Assembly (NCBI GenBank): GCA_050633305.1
Contig: JBOEGF010000018.1
Coordinates: 32,001-96,000, forward strand
DNA: 64,000 bases
Reading direction: 5' to 3'
Source of the DNA: Nannocystales bacterium
Lineage (GTDB): Bacteria > Myxococcota_A > Polyangia > Nannocystales > Nannocystaceae
The first letter of the stretch is position 1. Every line of letters begins with the position of its first letter. The position numbers and the translations under genes were made by a program. Positions 1 through 10,254 of the stretch are shown piece after piece. Below the pieces are notes generated by a model. The model did not search any database, was not told the origin of the DNA, and saw nothing but the letters and a program-made list of their open reading frames with translations.

Positions 1-2838
1 CGGTTTTGTGCCGGCCATCGCCCCTTCGCACAGGGGCAACGCCGGATCGGTCACGAGTTGCTCGGCCGTACATCGGGGGACAGAGGCCAACCCCGCGCAG
101 GCTGGACACGCACCGAGCGGGCGGTCGGGGCTGAAGTGCTCGGCGGTCCATCCCGACGGCGTGCCCGCACGGGACCACAACAGACGGAGCAGCGGACCAA
201 GCCCGGCTTGGGTGGCGACGCTGGAACGACGGCCCGCACGTGCGCCGCCTTGCGGGAGCGATACGACCGGAGTGAGTCCGGACGCACTCGTGAGTGGAGG
301 GCGAGGCTGCCGACGGATCTGCGAGCGAACGCTGAACGGCAGCGACTCCGAGAATCGGTGCCACGCTTCTGCTGCGAGGGTGTCGAACACCAACGAGGTC
401 TTGCCGCTGCCCGAGACCCCCGCGACGGCGATGAGTTTCCCGTGGGGGAGGTCGACGTCGACACTCTGCAGGCCGTGCGTGGTGACGCCACGCAGGGAAA
501 TGGAATCCGGAGGCAGTTTGGGGGGCCGTGTCGGGCGTCGGGTGGACAACGGCTCGAGGTCGAGGGAGACGCCCTGTGTCGCAACGCCGTCTCGCACCTC
601 GGTGCAGACGTCGGCGGCGGCCCAAACGTGGCGATGGTGAGAGATCGCGACCACGGTGTGCCCGGCGTCGACCAGAGCATCGATGGCACCGAGCAAGCGC
701 TCGATGTCGGTGGGGTGCAAGCCTCGGTCGGGTTCGTCGAGCAGGAGCAGCGATGGCTTCGCGCCCGTGGTGCCCAGAAGCGTCGCCAACTTGACGCGTT
801 GCGCTTCGCCGCGGCTGAGTTGGTGGCTGCCGTGTCCCAGCGGAAGATACCCAAGACCCAGTGTCTGCAGTGCGAGGGCCATGGCGTGCCCGGCGGGGTC
901 GGGCTCGAAGTACAGAACCGCCTCGTCGACGGTCATCTGTAGTACCTCCGCGATGCTCTTTCCGCGTAGCGTCACGCCGAGCATGGCCGGGGCAAACCGA
1001 GCGCCGTTGCACGTCGAGCACGGGCGCTCGACGTCTTCGAGAAGATGAAGACCGATGCGTTCCACGCCCAGACCCTCACAGTCTGGGCAGCGGCCAGCTT
1101 TGTTGTTGTAGGAGAAGGCGCTTGCAGCCAGCTTGGCGGCCTTGGCCTCGGGCGTTGCGGCGAACGCCTTGCGAACACGATCGAAGAGGCCGGTCCATGT
1201 GGCTGGCGTGCTCCGCGGGGTGCGTCCAATCGGGCGTGCGTCGACGGCCGAAACCGAGGCGCCCTCGCGCCCTTCGAGGGCATCGAACGGTCCGCCCGTC
1301 TCTCCCAACATGGCCGGCAGCAGAGTGCCGAACACCAACGAACTCTTTCCGGCCCCGGAGGGCCCCATCACCACGTTGAAGCAGCCCAGAGCGATGGAGA
1401 GGTTGGCGCCCTTGAGGTTGTGCAGTGTGGCGCCGCGTAGGGCGAGTGTGCCGCGAGCAGTCCTCGGCGAGTCGCGTCGAGCTGGGCAGGTCCCCAGCGG
1501 GTGCTGCTCGTCTTGCGTCTGCACGATGCGGCCGCCCTCCCGTCCCGCGCCGGGACCGATCTCGACCACGGCATCGGCGTGCCGAACCATGTCCGGGTCG
1601 TGCTCGACGACCAGCAGTGTGTTGCCCAGCGCCACGACTTCGTCGAGCGTCTGCCGCAGCCCGTGCTGAGCTTCGGGGTGGAGTCCGAGCGTGGGCTCAT
1701 CCAGCGCCACGAGTACGCCCGAGAGCTGGGTGCCGAGTTGGGCGGACAGGGCCAGGCGCTGCGCCTCTCCCCCGCTCAGCGAGTCGGCCGTGCGGTCCAA
1801 GCTCAGGTGGCCGAGACTGAGCGTCTGCATGCGTTGCAGTCGGTGCTGGACCGAGGGCTCGGTCGTCGTCCAGACCGGGTGCTCGGGGAACTCGCCAAGA
1901 CTGGCTCGGAGCGCATCGATCGGTTGCGCGAGCAGGCAGGGCAACGTCATCTCGGCGAGCAAGGCGTCGCGCCCAGGACGAGACAGACGCGTGCCGTGGC
2001 AGGCGCTGCAGTTCGTCGAGCGCACGAATCGCAGGATGTTGGGGTTGCGGTCGCGTTGCAGCGTGTCGCGGATGACCGGGACGAGGCCGCGGTAGTAGCC
2101 CTCTTCACGGGGTCGGGCCGTGATGCCCTCCCACTTCATGCGGGACTCGATGCTGTGCTTTCCGAACGGCACCTTCAGCGCCTGCGTCCCCTCCATGATG
2201 ACGTCTCGTTGCGCATCGGTGAGGTCCTTCCAGGGCGTGTTCACGTCGAAGCCGTGTGCCTGGCAGATCGTGTTCATCACCTCGAGGGTGACCTGGCTGT
2301 AGACCGTGTACCCGTTCTTCAGCGTCGGGACGAGGGCGCCGTCTCGGATGCTCTTGCTGGGGTCGGCGACGATGAGCGCTGGATCGACCTGGTCCTCGGC
2401 ACCCGAGCCACCGCAGGCCTCGCACGCGCCTGGTGCCACGTTGAAGCTGAAGTGGCTGCGGCTCAGGGCCTCGCCACCGGGGTCCACAGCCAAACGAGCG
2501 AACACCAGACGCAGCAGGTCGAGGACGCCACTACGAGTTCCGACCGTGGAGCGAGCGTTGGCGAGGCCATGCACGCCGACGGCGATCGGCGCGGGCAGGC
2601 CGGTCAGCGACGTGACTTCAGCGCGACCGAGCTTTCCGAACAGGTGCCGTGCGCGAGCAGAAAGACCGCCGAGGACTCTGCGCTGCCCTTCGCGAACGAT
2701 CGTGTCGAATACCAGGCTGGTCTTGCCCGAGCCCGAGGGGCCAGTGACCGCCGTCCAGCGCCCCCACTCGAGGTCTAGATCGAGGTCCTTCAAGTTGTGC
2801 GCGGTCGCCCCGCGCACGTTCACCGAGCGCTCGGTCAC
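1..2838 (-). CDS. uvrA: UvrA-like excinuclease ABC ATPase, double-length form, 3' end outside the window
   Basis: Not in the ORF track because it has no stop in the window. Translates as MTERSVNVRGATAHNLKDLDLDLEWGRWTAVTGPSGSGKTSLVFDT, with further in-frame Walker A motifs GPSGAGKS (~1342-1365) and GVSGSGKTSLVFDT (~380-420). GTG start overlaps the sulfotransferase stop (GTGA). Confidence 0.9.
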   Translation of the reverse strand, partial: MTERSVNVRGATAHNLKDLDLDLEWGRWTAVTGPSGSGKTSLVFDTIVREGQRRVLGGLSARARHLFGKLGRAEVTSLTGLPAPIAVGVHGLANARSTVGTRSGVLDLLRLVFARLAVDPGGEALSRSHFSFNVAPGACEACGGSGAEDQVDPALIVADPSKSIRDGALVPTLKNGYTVYSQVTLEVMNTICQAHGFDVNTPWKDLTDAQRDVIMEGTQALKVPFGKHSIESRMKWEGITARPREEGYYRGLVPVIRDTLQRDRNPNILRFVRSTNCSACHGTRLSRPGRDALLAEMTLPCLLAQPIDALRASLGEFPEHPVWTTTEPSVQHRLQRMQTLSLGHLSLDRTADSLSGGEAQRLALSAQLGTQLSGVLVALDEPTLGLHPEAQHGLRQTLDEVVALGNTLLVVEHDPDMVRHADAVVEIGPGAGREGGRIVQTQDEQHPLGTCPARRDSPRTARGTLALRGATLHNLKGANLSIALGCFNVVMGPSGAGKSSLVFGTLLPAMLGETGGPFDALEGREGASVSAVDARPIGRTPRSTPATWTGLFDRVRKAFAATPEAKAAKLAASAFSYNNKAGRCPDCEGLGVERIGLHLLEDVERPCSTCNGARFAPAMLGVTLRGKSIAEVLQMTVDEAVLYFEPDPAGHAMALALQTLGLGYLPLGHGSHQLSRGEAQRVKLATLLGTTGAKPSLLLLDEPDRGLHPTDIERLLGAIDALVDAGHTVVAISHHRHVWAAADVCTEVRDGVATQGVSLDLEPLSTRRPTRPPKLPPDSISLRGVTTHGLQSVDVDLPHGKLIAVAGVSGSGKTSLVFDTLAAEAWHRFSESLPFSVRSQIRRQPRPPLTSASGLTPVVSLPQGGARAGRRSSVATQAGLGPLLRLLWSRAGTPSGWTAEHFSPDRPLGACPACAGLASVPRCTAEQLVTDPALPLCEGAMAGTKP

Positions 2839-3803
2839 TTGATGAAGGCCGACTCGGCCTCGGCCTGTTCGGAGTGAACCCGCTCGATCCAGCGACGCAG
2901 TCGTCGTGCCACGAGCGACTTGGCCCACAGCTCAACGCCCATCCGTTCCTGGCGCATCTTGGTCCGCATGACTCGCTCCCGCATCGACAACGCGGCGATT
3001 TCGAGCGAACCGACTTCTGGGACATCGGAGACCTCGGGCATGTAGCCGCGCTTGAGCATCATGTCTCCGGCGCGCATTTCCACGTCGCGGGCCCATTGCT
3101 CCGGGTTCTTCCGCCAGGCGTCCGCGATCTTGCCGTCGACCTTGCTGTACGTCGAGTGCTGGTGGAACTCGAGCAGCGCGGGCTCGTACTCCACGCCCAT
3201 GAACTCGCACAGGCCGGTGAGCGCTTCTTTGGATCGTGTGGCGAGGTCTTCGAACCGCACCTCGGTCCACGCGTCGTCGTCGATTCGCTCGGCGAGGGCT
3301 TCCCACTCTTGCTCCGACTCCACCCACCGCTCGGCAGCGGCGTAGGGGGTCCCGTCCCAGCCCATGCGAACCGCGGAGGGAGCCACGGCGCGAGGGTCTC
3401 GTACGAGGTGGATGAATCGGGCGTGAGGCCAGTGGTCGAGTATGCGCGCGAAGTGCCGGTGCACGGTGCCTCCGATGGCGACGCAACCCTCGCCGCGCTG
3501 GTACAGCAGCGACTCGATCAACTCGCGGGCATTCCGGAACGGGTAGGCGCCGACGTCGAGCTTGGAGCGTCGGAACACCGAGTCGCCAGCGAGCCTGCCG
3601 ATCAGATCCAGCACCTCGGGGTGCGGCTGCCCCGGCGGTGTGTAGTCGACCAAAAACTCCATCTGGTGGGAGAAGCTGAGCTTGCTGTGCTGGTCGAGCA
3701 TCAGGCGCAGCAGCGTCGATCCGGACCGTTCCGCACCCACGACGAACGTCGGTGTCGCGGAGGTTTGCAGCCCAGGGACGGAAGGCTTTTCGTCACGCGC
3801 CAT
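2835..3803 (-). CDS. Sulfotransferase family protein (Sulfotransfer_3-like)
   Basis: 5'-PSB motif GAERSGSTLLR, 3'-PB motif HLVRDPRAVAPS, and RFEDL. Confidence 0.9.
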   Translation of the reverse strand: MARDEKPSVPGLQTSATPTFVVGAERSGSTLLRLMLDQHSKLSFSHQMEFLVDYTPPGQPHPEVLDLIGRLAGDSVFRRSKLDVGAYPFRNARELIESLLYQRGEGCVAIGGTVHRHFARILDHWPHARFIHLVRDPRAVAPSAVRMGWDGTPYAAAERWVESEQEWEALAERIDDDAWTEVRFEDLATRSKEALTGLCEFMGVEYEPALLEFHQHSTYSKVDGKIADAWRKNPEQWARDVEMRAGDMMLKRGYMPEVSDVPEVGSLEIAALSMRERVMRTKMRQERMGVELWAKSLVARRLRRWIERVHSEQAEAESAFIK

Positions 3804-3873
3804 GGCCGGGCGAGTATGGGACCGGCGCGCGGGTCGTTCAACGCTTTTTCGGGGACCTGATACGCTTGCGTTC

Positions 3874-5058
3874 GTGATGGAGACGACGCCCGACGGGTCC
3901 CCGGGCTTCTACGCTGCGCTCCCGGTCTTCGATCGTTTCGCCGAGGTTCACGACCCCGCGCGTTACAGCCCCGTGCCGCCCGATTGGGACGTGGTGGTGA
4001 CCGACGTGGAAGGCTCGACCAAGGCGATCGAGGCGGGCCGCTACAAGGACGTGAACGCGCTGGGCGTGGCATCGATCGTCGCACTTCGCAATGCGTTGCC
4101 TCGATTCGACGTTCCGTTCGTGTTTGGTGGCGACGGGGCGACTGTGCTCACACCGTCGTCCCGGCGGACGGAGGTCCACGCGGCGTTGCGGGGGATCCGT
4201 GTCATGGCGAAGGACGCGCTGGGGATGGTGATGCGGGCGAGCATGGTGCCCGTCGCCGAGCTCGAGGCCGCGGGGTGCGAGGTTCGGGTTGCGCGTTTCG
4301 GGGCCAGTCCCAATGCCACCTTCGCGATGTTCTCTGGGGCCGGCCTGAGCGAAGCCGAGCGGCGAATCAAGGACCCTTCCGAGGGGGCCGGCTACGCGGT
4401 GAGTGACGAAGGGCCGTCGGAGGCGAGCTTCGAGGGCTTCGAGTGTCGCTGGGAGCCTCTGGGTAGTCGTCGGGGGAAGGTGATCAGCCTGCTCGTGCAG
4501 GCGACGGCTGAGGACCGCACCGAGGCGGCGCTGGCCTATCACGAGGTTCTGGATGCAATTGCAGCCGTGCTCGGGGATACCGAGGGCCGACCGGTCGCAC
4601 CGGACAACCTCAACGTTGCCGCGCAAGGCCGCGCCTTTCAGACCGAGGCCCGCATCTGTGTCGGCAAGGCTGGGGGCCTGGGGGTGGTCGCACGGACCCA
4701 GGTGATCAAGGCGCAGGCTGCGGTGGGTCGCTACGGCATGGCGCGCGGTAAGGAGACCCTCGGATTCCCCGCCGACGTCTACCGCGACGAAGTTGTCGCC
4801 AACACGGACTTCCGCAAATTCGACGACACCCTTCGCATGGTCCTCGATGTCACCGACGAGCAACACCACGCGCTCGAGGCGGACCTGTCACAGCGTCATG
4901 CGGCGGGAAGCATCGTCTACGGAACCCATGTCGCGAACGCTGCTTTGATGACGTGTGCGATTACCAGCTATCGAGGCGAGCACGTTCACTTTGTCGACGG
5001 AGCAGACGGAGGCTATGCGTTGGCGGCAAAGCAGCTCAAGGCGCAGCGCAGCGGTTGA
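3874..5058 (+). CDS. DUF3095 family protein (nucleotide-cyclase-like)
   Basis: DVEGSTKAIEAGRYKDVN, FVFGGDGAT, DFRKFDDTLRMV, HFVDGADGGYALAA. Start is GTG 3874 or ATG 3877. Confidence 0.85.
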   Translation: MMETTPDGSPGFYAALPVFDRFAEVHDPARYSPVPPDWDVVVTDVEGSTKAIEAGRYKDVNALGVASIVALRNALPRFDVPFVFGGDGATVLTPSSRRTEVHAALRGIRVMAKDALGMVMRASMVPVAELEAAGCEVRVARFGASPNATFAMFSGAGLSEAERRIKDPSEGAGYAVSDEGPSEASFEGFECRWEPLGSRRGKVISLLVQATAEDRTEAALAYHEVLDAIAAVLGDTEGRPVAPDNLNVAAQGRAFQTEARICVGKAGGLGVVARTQVIKAQAAVGRYGMARGKETLGFPADVYRDEVVANTDFRKFDDTLRMVLDVTDEQHHALEADLSQRHAAGSIVYGTHVANAALMTCAITSYRGEHVHFVDGADGGYALAAKQLKAQRSG

Positions 5059-5118
5059 GGGCGGCGCCGCACGTGGCCTCGTCACGGCGTCTCGCTGGTC
5101 CTGGCCCGCTGGTGGCCT

Positions 5119-6555
5119 CTAGATGCTCGCCCAGCACATGACTTCAACTTCGAAGTCGTGGTCCAGGACCGCCGTGAGCAACTCCGCGACCTGTGTGACC
5201 GTGACGGTGTAGTCGGTGGGCGGGATGTGCCCGACTCCGACCGAGGTCACGTAGCGGCTGAGACCATCGTCGAAGGTCGATGTGGAGCATTGTTCCTCGA
5301 CGCCCGCGCAGGTTGCACCCGCTTGCAGGCTGAGCGCGGCCGGGAAACCGCTGGTGACCACGACGTCGCAGCCGCTGTTCGTTCCGGCCTGACCGGGGGA
5401 TGTCCACGCGTACGTGGCGGCTCCGAAGGTGTCGACCATGCCGTTGGAGAATTCGCCGATGTTCCCGCAAGAGGTTGTCATCGCGTGGGGTAACTCCGTG
5501 ATCGTGCCGGACACGGGGGCGCCGGCGAGTAGGCCTGAAGGACAAGCATTCGGTAGGACGTCGACGCTCAGCTCGAACTCTCCCGTGCCGCCGGCGGAGT
5601 CGACGATGAGGGTGACAGCATCGCCCGCTTGTAGGTTGCGGATGACTTCTCCGCCGACCTCTCCGGGGTTCGAGCCGTTGCACTGCAGGTCTTCGCCGCC
5701 GCACTCGGGTCCGACTTGGAGGTTCATGATCGGCTGGAAGTCGGTCGATGTTGCTCGGAAGCTGTGCAAACCGGTCTCTTCTGCGGTGTACCGGAACGCT
5801 CGCTCCGTCCCCGTGTCCCCTCCGCAGGGCGAGGAGAAGCTCGCGGTGCCTGCGATGTTGGTGAACGTTCCGGGAAGCGCCTCACCGTCGAGGTCCGAGT
5901 TCGGGCACGCGACCGGGTTGATGTTGAGGACGGCGTTGCCGTCCTGCCCGGTTTCGCCGTCCACGACAATGACGACCTGTTCGCCGGCCTCGTGGCGCCG
6001 CACGAGGCGAGAGGAAACCCCGCCATTCGCGTTGTCCGAGCACGCGATCTCTTCGCCATCGCAGGTCTCGAGGAGGTACAGCGCAGTGTCGAAATCCGAG
6101 CCTACGGTGTCGAACACGAAGTAGTCCGTGAACGGGGCGATCCATTGGAACGCAACGTCCTTCGCCGTCTCGCCTCCACATGTACCCGCAAAGCTGTCGC
6201 GCTGGGGCTGTGTATCCACGGACGCGACTTCTGTTCCTAGCGGCGGGTCGAGCAGCGTCTCGACACACTCGAGCAGCTCGACTCCGCCCGAGGTCGACTC
6301 CGAGCCCGTTTCGCCGCCATGGGTCGATGACCCTGAGGTGTCGCCGGTCGTTCCGCTCGCGTCCGTCGTGGTTCCGTCGAGTGTCGTGGCTCCCGTTCCC
6401 GTCGTGCCCTCGTCGACGGACGTCGATCCGCCCGGGGCAACGTCGCCCTGAGAGGTGGAGCTTTCGGAGGAACTCTGCTGCGCGTCTGTGGGAGGGTCGG
6501 AGAAACAACCAAGGCCAAGAGAGAGGACGAGGAGACCGGCGCTGCGGATCTTCAC
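5119..6555 (-). CDS. Secreted lipoprotein with Ser/Thr-rich linker and repeated Cys-containing PPC-like beta domains
   Basis: Lipobox LSLGLGC, low-complexity S/T/G linker, GSDFDTALYL...EIACSDN module repeated. Confidence 0.75.
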   Translation of the reverse strand: MKIRSAGLLVLSLGLGCFSDPPTDAQQSSSESSTSQGDVAPGGSTSVDEGTTGTGATTLDGTTTDASGTTGDTSGSSTHGGETGSESTSGGVELLECVETLLDPPLGTEVASVDTQPQRDSFAGTCGGETAKDVAFQWIAPFTDYFVFDTVGSDFDTALYLLETCDGEEIACSDNANGGVSSRLVRRHEAGEQVVIVVDGETGQDGNAVLNINPVACPNSDLDGEALPGTFTNIAGTASFSSPCGGDTGTERAFRYTAEETGLHSFRATSTDFQPIMNLQVGPECGGEDLQCNGSNPGEVGGEVIRNLQAGDAVTLIVDSAGGTGEFELSVDVLPNACPSGLLAGAPVSGTITELPHAMTTSCGNIGEFSNGMVDTFGAATYAWTSPGQAGTNSGCDVVVTSGFPAALSLQAGATCAGVEEQCSTSTFDDGLSRYVTSVGVGHIPPTDYTVTVTQVAELLTAVLDHDFEVEVMCWASI

Positions 6556-6642
6556 TTCAGCAATGGTAGTCGGCGCAGAGACGATGCTCGTCATCACCGC
6601 GATTGCATTGCGCGGGCGGGGCACGCGCGATGTGTGATGCCC

Positions 6643-7203
6643 TCACGGGCGAGCGCGCGTGTACACCCCAACCGGGCTCTCACCGAGCATCGAGTCCATC
6701 TGCTTTTCGAAACCGCACTTGTTGGCGACCCGGACGGAGGGTGCGTTGCTGTGCTCGATGATGCACGCCGTGCGTGCGAAAGGGAGCGCTTCGTCTCCCC
6801 ACGCGAGGCAAGCTTGCAGAGCCTCGGTGGCCAAGCCCTGACCCCAGTGGGTCTTCGCGATGCTCCAGCCCGCTTCCGGGGTGTCGTCGACGCCCGGGTC
6901 GACCGCACGCATGCCAGGGAGAAAGCCTGCTTCGCCGAGCACGGCTTGGTCCTCCAGAGACTCGAGGACCCAGAAGCCATAGCCCACCAGAAACCAGGAG
7001 CCGATGTGCCGTTGCACAGAGACGAACACCTCGGGACGTGGTCGGGTCCGCGCGCCGATGAAGCGGACGTGCTCGGGGTCGCCCCACATGGCGGCGAGCG
7101 GATCGAGATCGCTGAGGCGGTAGGGCCGAAGCCGAAGACGCTTCGTTTCGAGGACCGGGATCTCGGAGGGCTCACGCGAGCCGGCTGCGGGCGGTCCAGG
7201 CAT
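6643..7203 (-). CDS. GNAT N-acetyltransferase, RimJ/RimL family
   Basis: LETKRLRLRP, PEAGWSIAKTHWGQGLATEA, NAPSVRVANKCGF. Confidence 0.9.
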   Translation of the reverse strand: MPGPPAAGSREPSEIPVLETKRLRLRPYRLSDLDPLAAMWGDPEHVRFIGARTRPRPEVFVSVQRHIGSWFLVGYGFWVLESLEDQAVLGEAGFLPGMRAVDPGVDDTPEAGWSIAKTHWGQGLATEALQACLAWGDEALPFARTACIIEHSNAPSVRVANKCGFEKQMDSMLGESPVGVYTRARP

Positions 7204-7481
7204 GCAAAGAGGATAGACCGCCTGCGAGGGCACAGGCCGGCCTATCTCTAGCCGGCGCGGGCCTTGGGTGGCCCGCTGCGGCTCCGGGCCTCGTGTGGCG
7301 CCACCCCGTTGGTTGCGCAATGCCGAGGTTCTGCCATCCTCGCCGCGTGCCCAAGCGTCGCCGACCGGTTCCCCTCGTGGCGCATACCCACAAGCCCCGC
7401 GCACTCGCCATCTCGGCGATCGTCGAGTGTCTTGGGGAGACAAGCGCCATCATCGACGATCTCACGGAGTACTCGAACCGG

Positions 7482-7685
7482 ATGAGCACGTACCGGTTCG
7501 AACTCGATGCAAATGACCTCGCGGGACTCGAGTCGCACCTGGGTCTGTCCGGTATCTCGCTCGAGGCGCGAGACCCGGCAGGGCCCATGGACACGGACGA
7601 TGAGGGCTATCTCTTCGTGACCTTGGCCGTCACATTCCCAGACGAAGATGGGAACCGGAAGGTTCCGAACCCAGACTTGGGCTAG
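7482..7685 (+). CDS. Small acidic hypothetical protein
   Basis: ATG preceded by GGAG. Protein-like composition (MSTYRFELDANDLAG...). No family recognised. Confidence 0.4.
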   Translation: MSTYRFELDANDLAGLESHLGLSGISLEARDPAGPMDTDDEGYLFVTLAVTFPDEDGNRKVPNPDLG

Positions 7686-7695
7686 GGGCCGTGAC

Positions 7696-8196
7696 TCACC
7701 CCGTCGCGCCGAGTTGAACGGTGCTGTGCTGTTGCTCGGCGTACTGTTTGAGCTCGGCCAGAATGCCGCGAAACGACTTTGCCAGTCCGAACTTGAGCAT
7801 GGGGTACAAGAGGTACCCGTGGGGCTTGAGGTCCGGAACGACGACCCAGCGCAGTTCGGTTTCGGATGGCCCCAAGGCACGCAAGGACAGCTCGACCTGG
7901 TTTTTGTGCAGCGGTAGGGCCTTGGGCGCGTGCACCGGAACGACATCGAACTTCAGGACGTGGTTGGCCTTGTCGTAGTGCGTGATCGTCTCCCGGGCAG
8001 CGAAGCCGTCGGGGTCGTCGGTGAACGTGCAGTACCGTCCCGCCATCGGAGACTCGCCCACCGCATCGAGGTCGCGGAGCGCTTCGGAGGTCACAACGGA
8101 CTCGCTCCAACGTTGGATCCCGGTGAAATCGTCCGCGGCGATTGCCCAAACGTCGTCGATGGGGCAGCTGATGTGGGTCTTGAGTTCGATCTTCAT
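7696..8196 (-). CDS. SRPBCC (polyketide cyclase/dehydrase-like) family protein
   Basis: ISCPIDDVWAIAADDF...RWS N-terminal pattern, RETITHYD, C-terminal amphipathic helix LAELKQYAE. Divergent from a LysR gene. Confidence 0.8.
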   Translation of the reverse strand: MKIELKTHISCPIDDVWAIAADDFTGIQRWSESVVTSEALRDLDAVGESPMAGRYCTFTDDPDGFAARETITHYDKANHVLKFDVVPVHAPKALPLHKNQVELSLRALGPSETELRWVVVPDLKPHGYLLYPMLKFGLAKSFRGILAELKQYAEQQHSTVQLGATG

Positions 8197-8380
8197 GGTG
8201 TTGCTCGTATCGGTTGCCGAAGCGTACGCAGAAACTGTGATTGTCTTTTGATTTCAGTGTTTTGGTAGCCGTCAGACCGACCCGCTGCACTGGACACCAT
8301 GAATGTAGTTCTCCCGTTTTCGGTCTTCAACGTACGATATTGGTGTTCAAAAATGCGAAATGTGGAAAAGTTGCGCGCCG

Positions 8381-9325
8381 ATGAACTGGGACGATCTTCG
8401 CTACATCCTGGCGGTTTCGCGGGCCGCGACAGTTCTGGAAGCCGCGAGGTCGCTGCGGGTCAGTCCCACGACCATGGCGAGGAGGCTGAGGTCCCTCGAA
8501 GCGTCCCAGGGGACCGCGCTCTTCGAGAAGTTCAAACACGGCACCGTCCTGTCCGAAGCGGGTCATCGGGTTGTTGAGGTCGCGGCGGAAGTCGAGCGCA
8601 TGACCGCGCAACTCGATGCGGAGATTCACGGCCTGGACCGGAAGCTGGAAGGGTCGATCCGCGTCACGTCGGTCGACTTCTTGCTTCGGCACTGGGTCGA
8701 GGATTTCGGTGAGTTCCGAACCCTCTACCCGGGGGTCGACCTCGAGCTGACCTCGACCCTGTCGGTGGTCAACCTGACCCAGCGGGATGCCGACGTCGCA
8801 CTTCGGGTCGCGCGTACAGCACCCGAACACCTCCTGGGTGCCCGCCATGCCGAGTTCATGTACGCGGTCTACGGCGGGCAGGCGCTGACCGAGTCGCGGG
8901 AGCCGGACGCACCCTACTCAGCCTTCCCGTGGTTGTCCTGGGACCTCGCGTTCGCGCGCTCGACCGACGAATGGATCGAGAAGAACGCGGCCGGTGCCGA
9001 CATCTCGATGCGGTTCGGCCAGATGAGTGTGATGGTCGATGCGGTCGCTGCCGGTCTGGGGCTCACCATTCTTCCATGTCTCATCGGCGACGCCCATCCC
9101 GGGCTCAACCGCGTCGGGACGTACTTCGAAGGAGGGCTGCATCTGTGGGTGTTGACCCATCCGCAGCTCCGAGGCTCGGCCCGGATCAGCGCATTCACGC
9201 GCTTCGTCCGCGAGCGAATCCGGCGTGACCTCGACCTGATCGAAGGCCGTCGGCCCCGCTCCGCGAGCGGCATCGCATCACCCCGCACGTCGGCGGACGA
9301 GCTCGCGTCGTCGCAGGAGCGATGA
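8381..9325 (+). CDS. LysR family transcriptional regulator
   Basis: MNWDDLRYILAVSR...AARSLRVSPTTMARRLRSLE HTH; DADVALRV in the substrate-binding domain. Confidence 0.95.
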   Translation: MNWDDLRYILAVSRAATVLEAARSLRVSPTTMARRLRSLEASQGTALFEKFKHGTVLSEAGHRVVEVAAEVERMTAQLDAEIHGLDRKLEGSIRVTSVDFLLRHWVEDFGEFRTLYPGVDLELTSTLSVVNLTQRDADVALRVARTAPEHLLGARHAEFMYAVYGGQALTESREPDAPYSAFPWLSWDLAFARSTDEWIEKNAAGADISMRFGQMSVMVDAVAAGLGLTILPCLIGDAHPGLNRVGTYFEGGLHLWVLTHPQLRGSARISAFTRFVRERIRRDLDLIEGRRPRSASGIASPRTSADELASSQER

Positions 9326-9345
9326 CCGGAGCTCCGCACCGCGTT

Positions 9346-9972
9346 TCAAAGGCACACTGAGGTGTCGAGTTGGCAGGCCTTGTCGCATGGAACAGGGTCG
9401 GTGGCGTCGCCCAGACCAAGGTCGGCACACGATGGAGACTCGAGTTCTGGTTCGCAGGTCTCTGTGTTCGCGATGACTCCGTCCCCGCACCCCCACTCGC
9501 ATCCGCTGAAATCGAATCTGCAGTTCGCCGGGTTGCAGCCGAGTACGCCGCCTGTGAAAACATGGTCGGGGTTCAGGATATCCTGCATTCCGACGCACAC
9601 CGCGAACCCAACACCTGCCGGCGTACAAGGCTCAAGTCCGCAGTCGCAGTCCTCGCCGCAGTTGATGAGCCCGTCCCCGCACGGGGAGTCGCAGGCCGAG
9701 CCATAGCTGCTACTTGAACCGCTCGATGTGCTGGCGGTCTTTGTTCCGCTTCCGGTGTCGTCGTCCGTACTCGCGGAGGTGCTTCCTCCGGGTTGCGACG
9801 TGCTGCCCTCGGTCGAGGGCAGTCGTGGGCTGGAGGTGCTGACGTTCGAGATGCCCGAACTCGAGGAGCCGGTTCCTCCAGCGCCACCGGAGGACTCGGC
9901 GCTGGGGCTCGAGCTGCCACATCCACCCACGGCGACAGCAAAGACCCAACCCAGCCGCGATGGCGTGCGCAT
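9346..9972 (-). CDS. Cys-rich myxobacterial lipoprotein (CGDG-type Cys-rich repeats)
   Basis: Lipobox AVAVGGC, S/T-rich linker, CGDGLINCGEDCDCG and CGDGVIANTETCE repeats. Confidence 0.8.
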   Translation of the reverse strand: MRTPSRLGWVFAVAVGGCGSSSPSAESSGGAGGTGSSSSGISNVSTSSPRLPSTEGSTSQPGGSTSASTDDDTGSGTKTASTSSGSSSSYGSACDSPCGDGLINCGEDCDCGLEPCTPAGVGFAVCVGMQDILNPDHVFTGGVLGCNPANCRFDFSGCEWGCGDGVIANTETCEPELESPSCADLGLGDATDPVPCDKACQLDTSVCL

Positions 9973-10070
9973 GCCTGACTCTACCGGATTGGACCGGAGG
10001 TCGGAGAGGCCAGCCGTGCCCCGACGAGGCGCTGACCTCGTTCGGATGTGCTTGCGGCTTGCTGCTGTGG

Positions 10071-10203
10071 TGCTAAGGACCCTCGAACGAAAGCGATCGA
10101 ACATTGTAGTGCTCCCCACCGATAGTCCGTCGACCTTCTCCGCTTAGCGACCGGAGCAGAGCCGACGTGTCCGAGGACGGCGTTTGCCGCCCTCACGGTG
10201 AGT
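10071..10203. repeat. Degenerate direct repeat, left copy (pairs with 17171-17302)
   Basis: 10071-10180 aligns ungapped to 17171-17280 at 87/110 identity. After a 1-nt indel, CCTCACGGTGAGT is identical in both copies. Confidence 0.9.
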
Positions 10204-10254
10204 TTCTCGCGAGCCTGGCCTTCCGGATGGTCTCGCGAACACGGAGAGCAAACG

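Noticed and set aside
58..2778. Long plus-strand ORFs 58..942 and 1501..2778
   Set aside because: Antisense shadows of the minus-strand UvrA, which has clear motifs. Such shadows are expected at high GC.
6290..6490. Ser/Thr/Gly-rich low-complexity stretches (also ~9720-9910, 41040-41190, 50200-50400, 60690-60860)
   Set aside because: Ordinary myxobacterial lipoprotein linkers, not tandem DNA repeats.
10071..10203. Repeat as a c-di-GMP-I riboswitch, hammerhead ribozyme or SECIS element
   Set aside because: Only fragments match (GGCAAAC; CCGTGAGGAC; TGA plus hairpin). The required cores are absent and these fragments are not shared in full by both copies.
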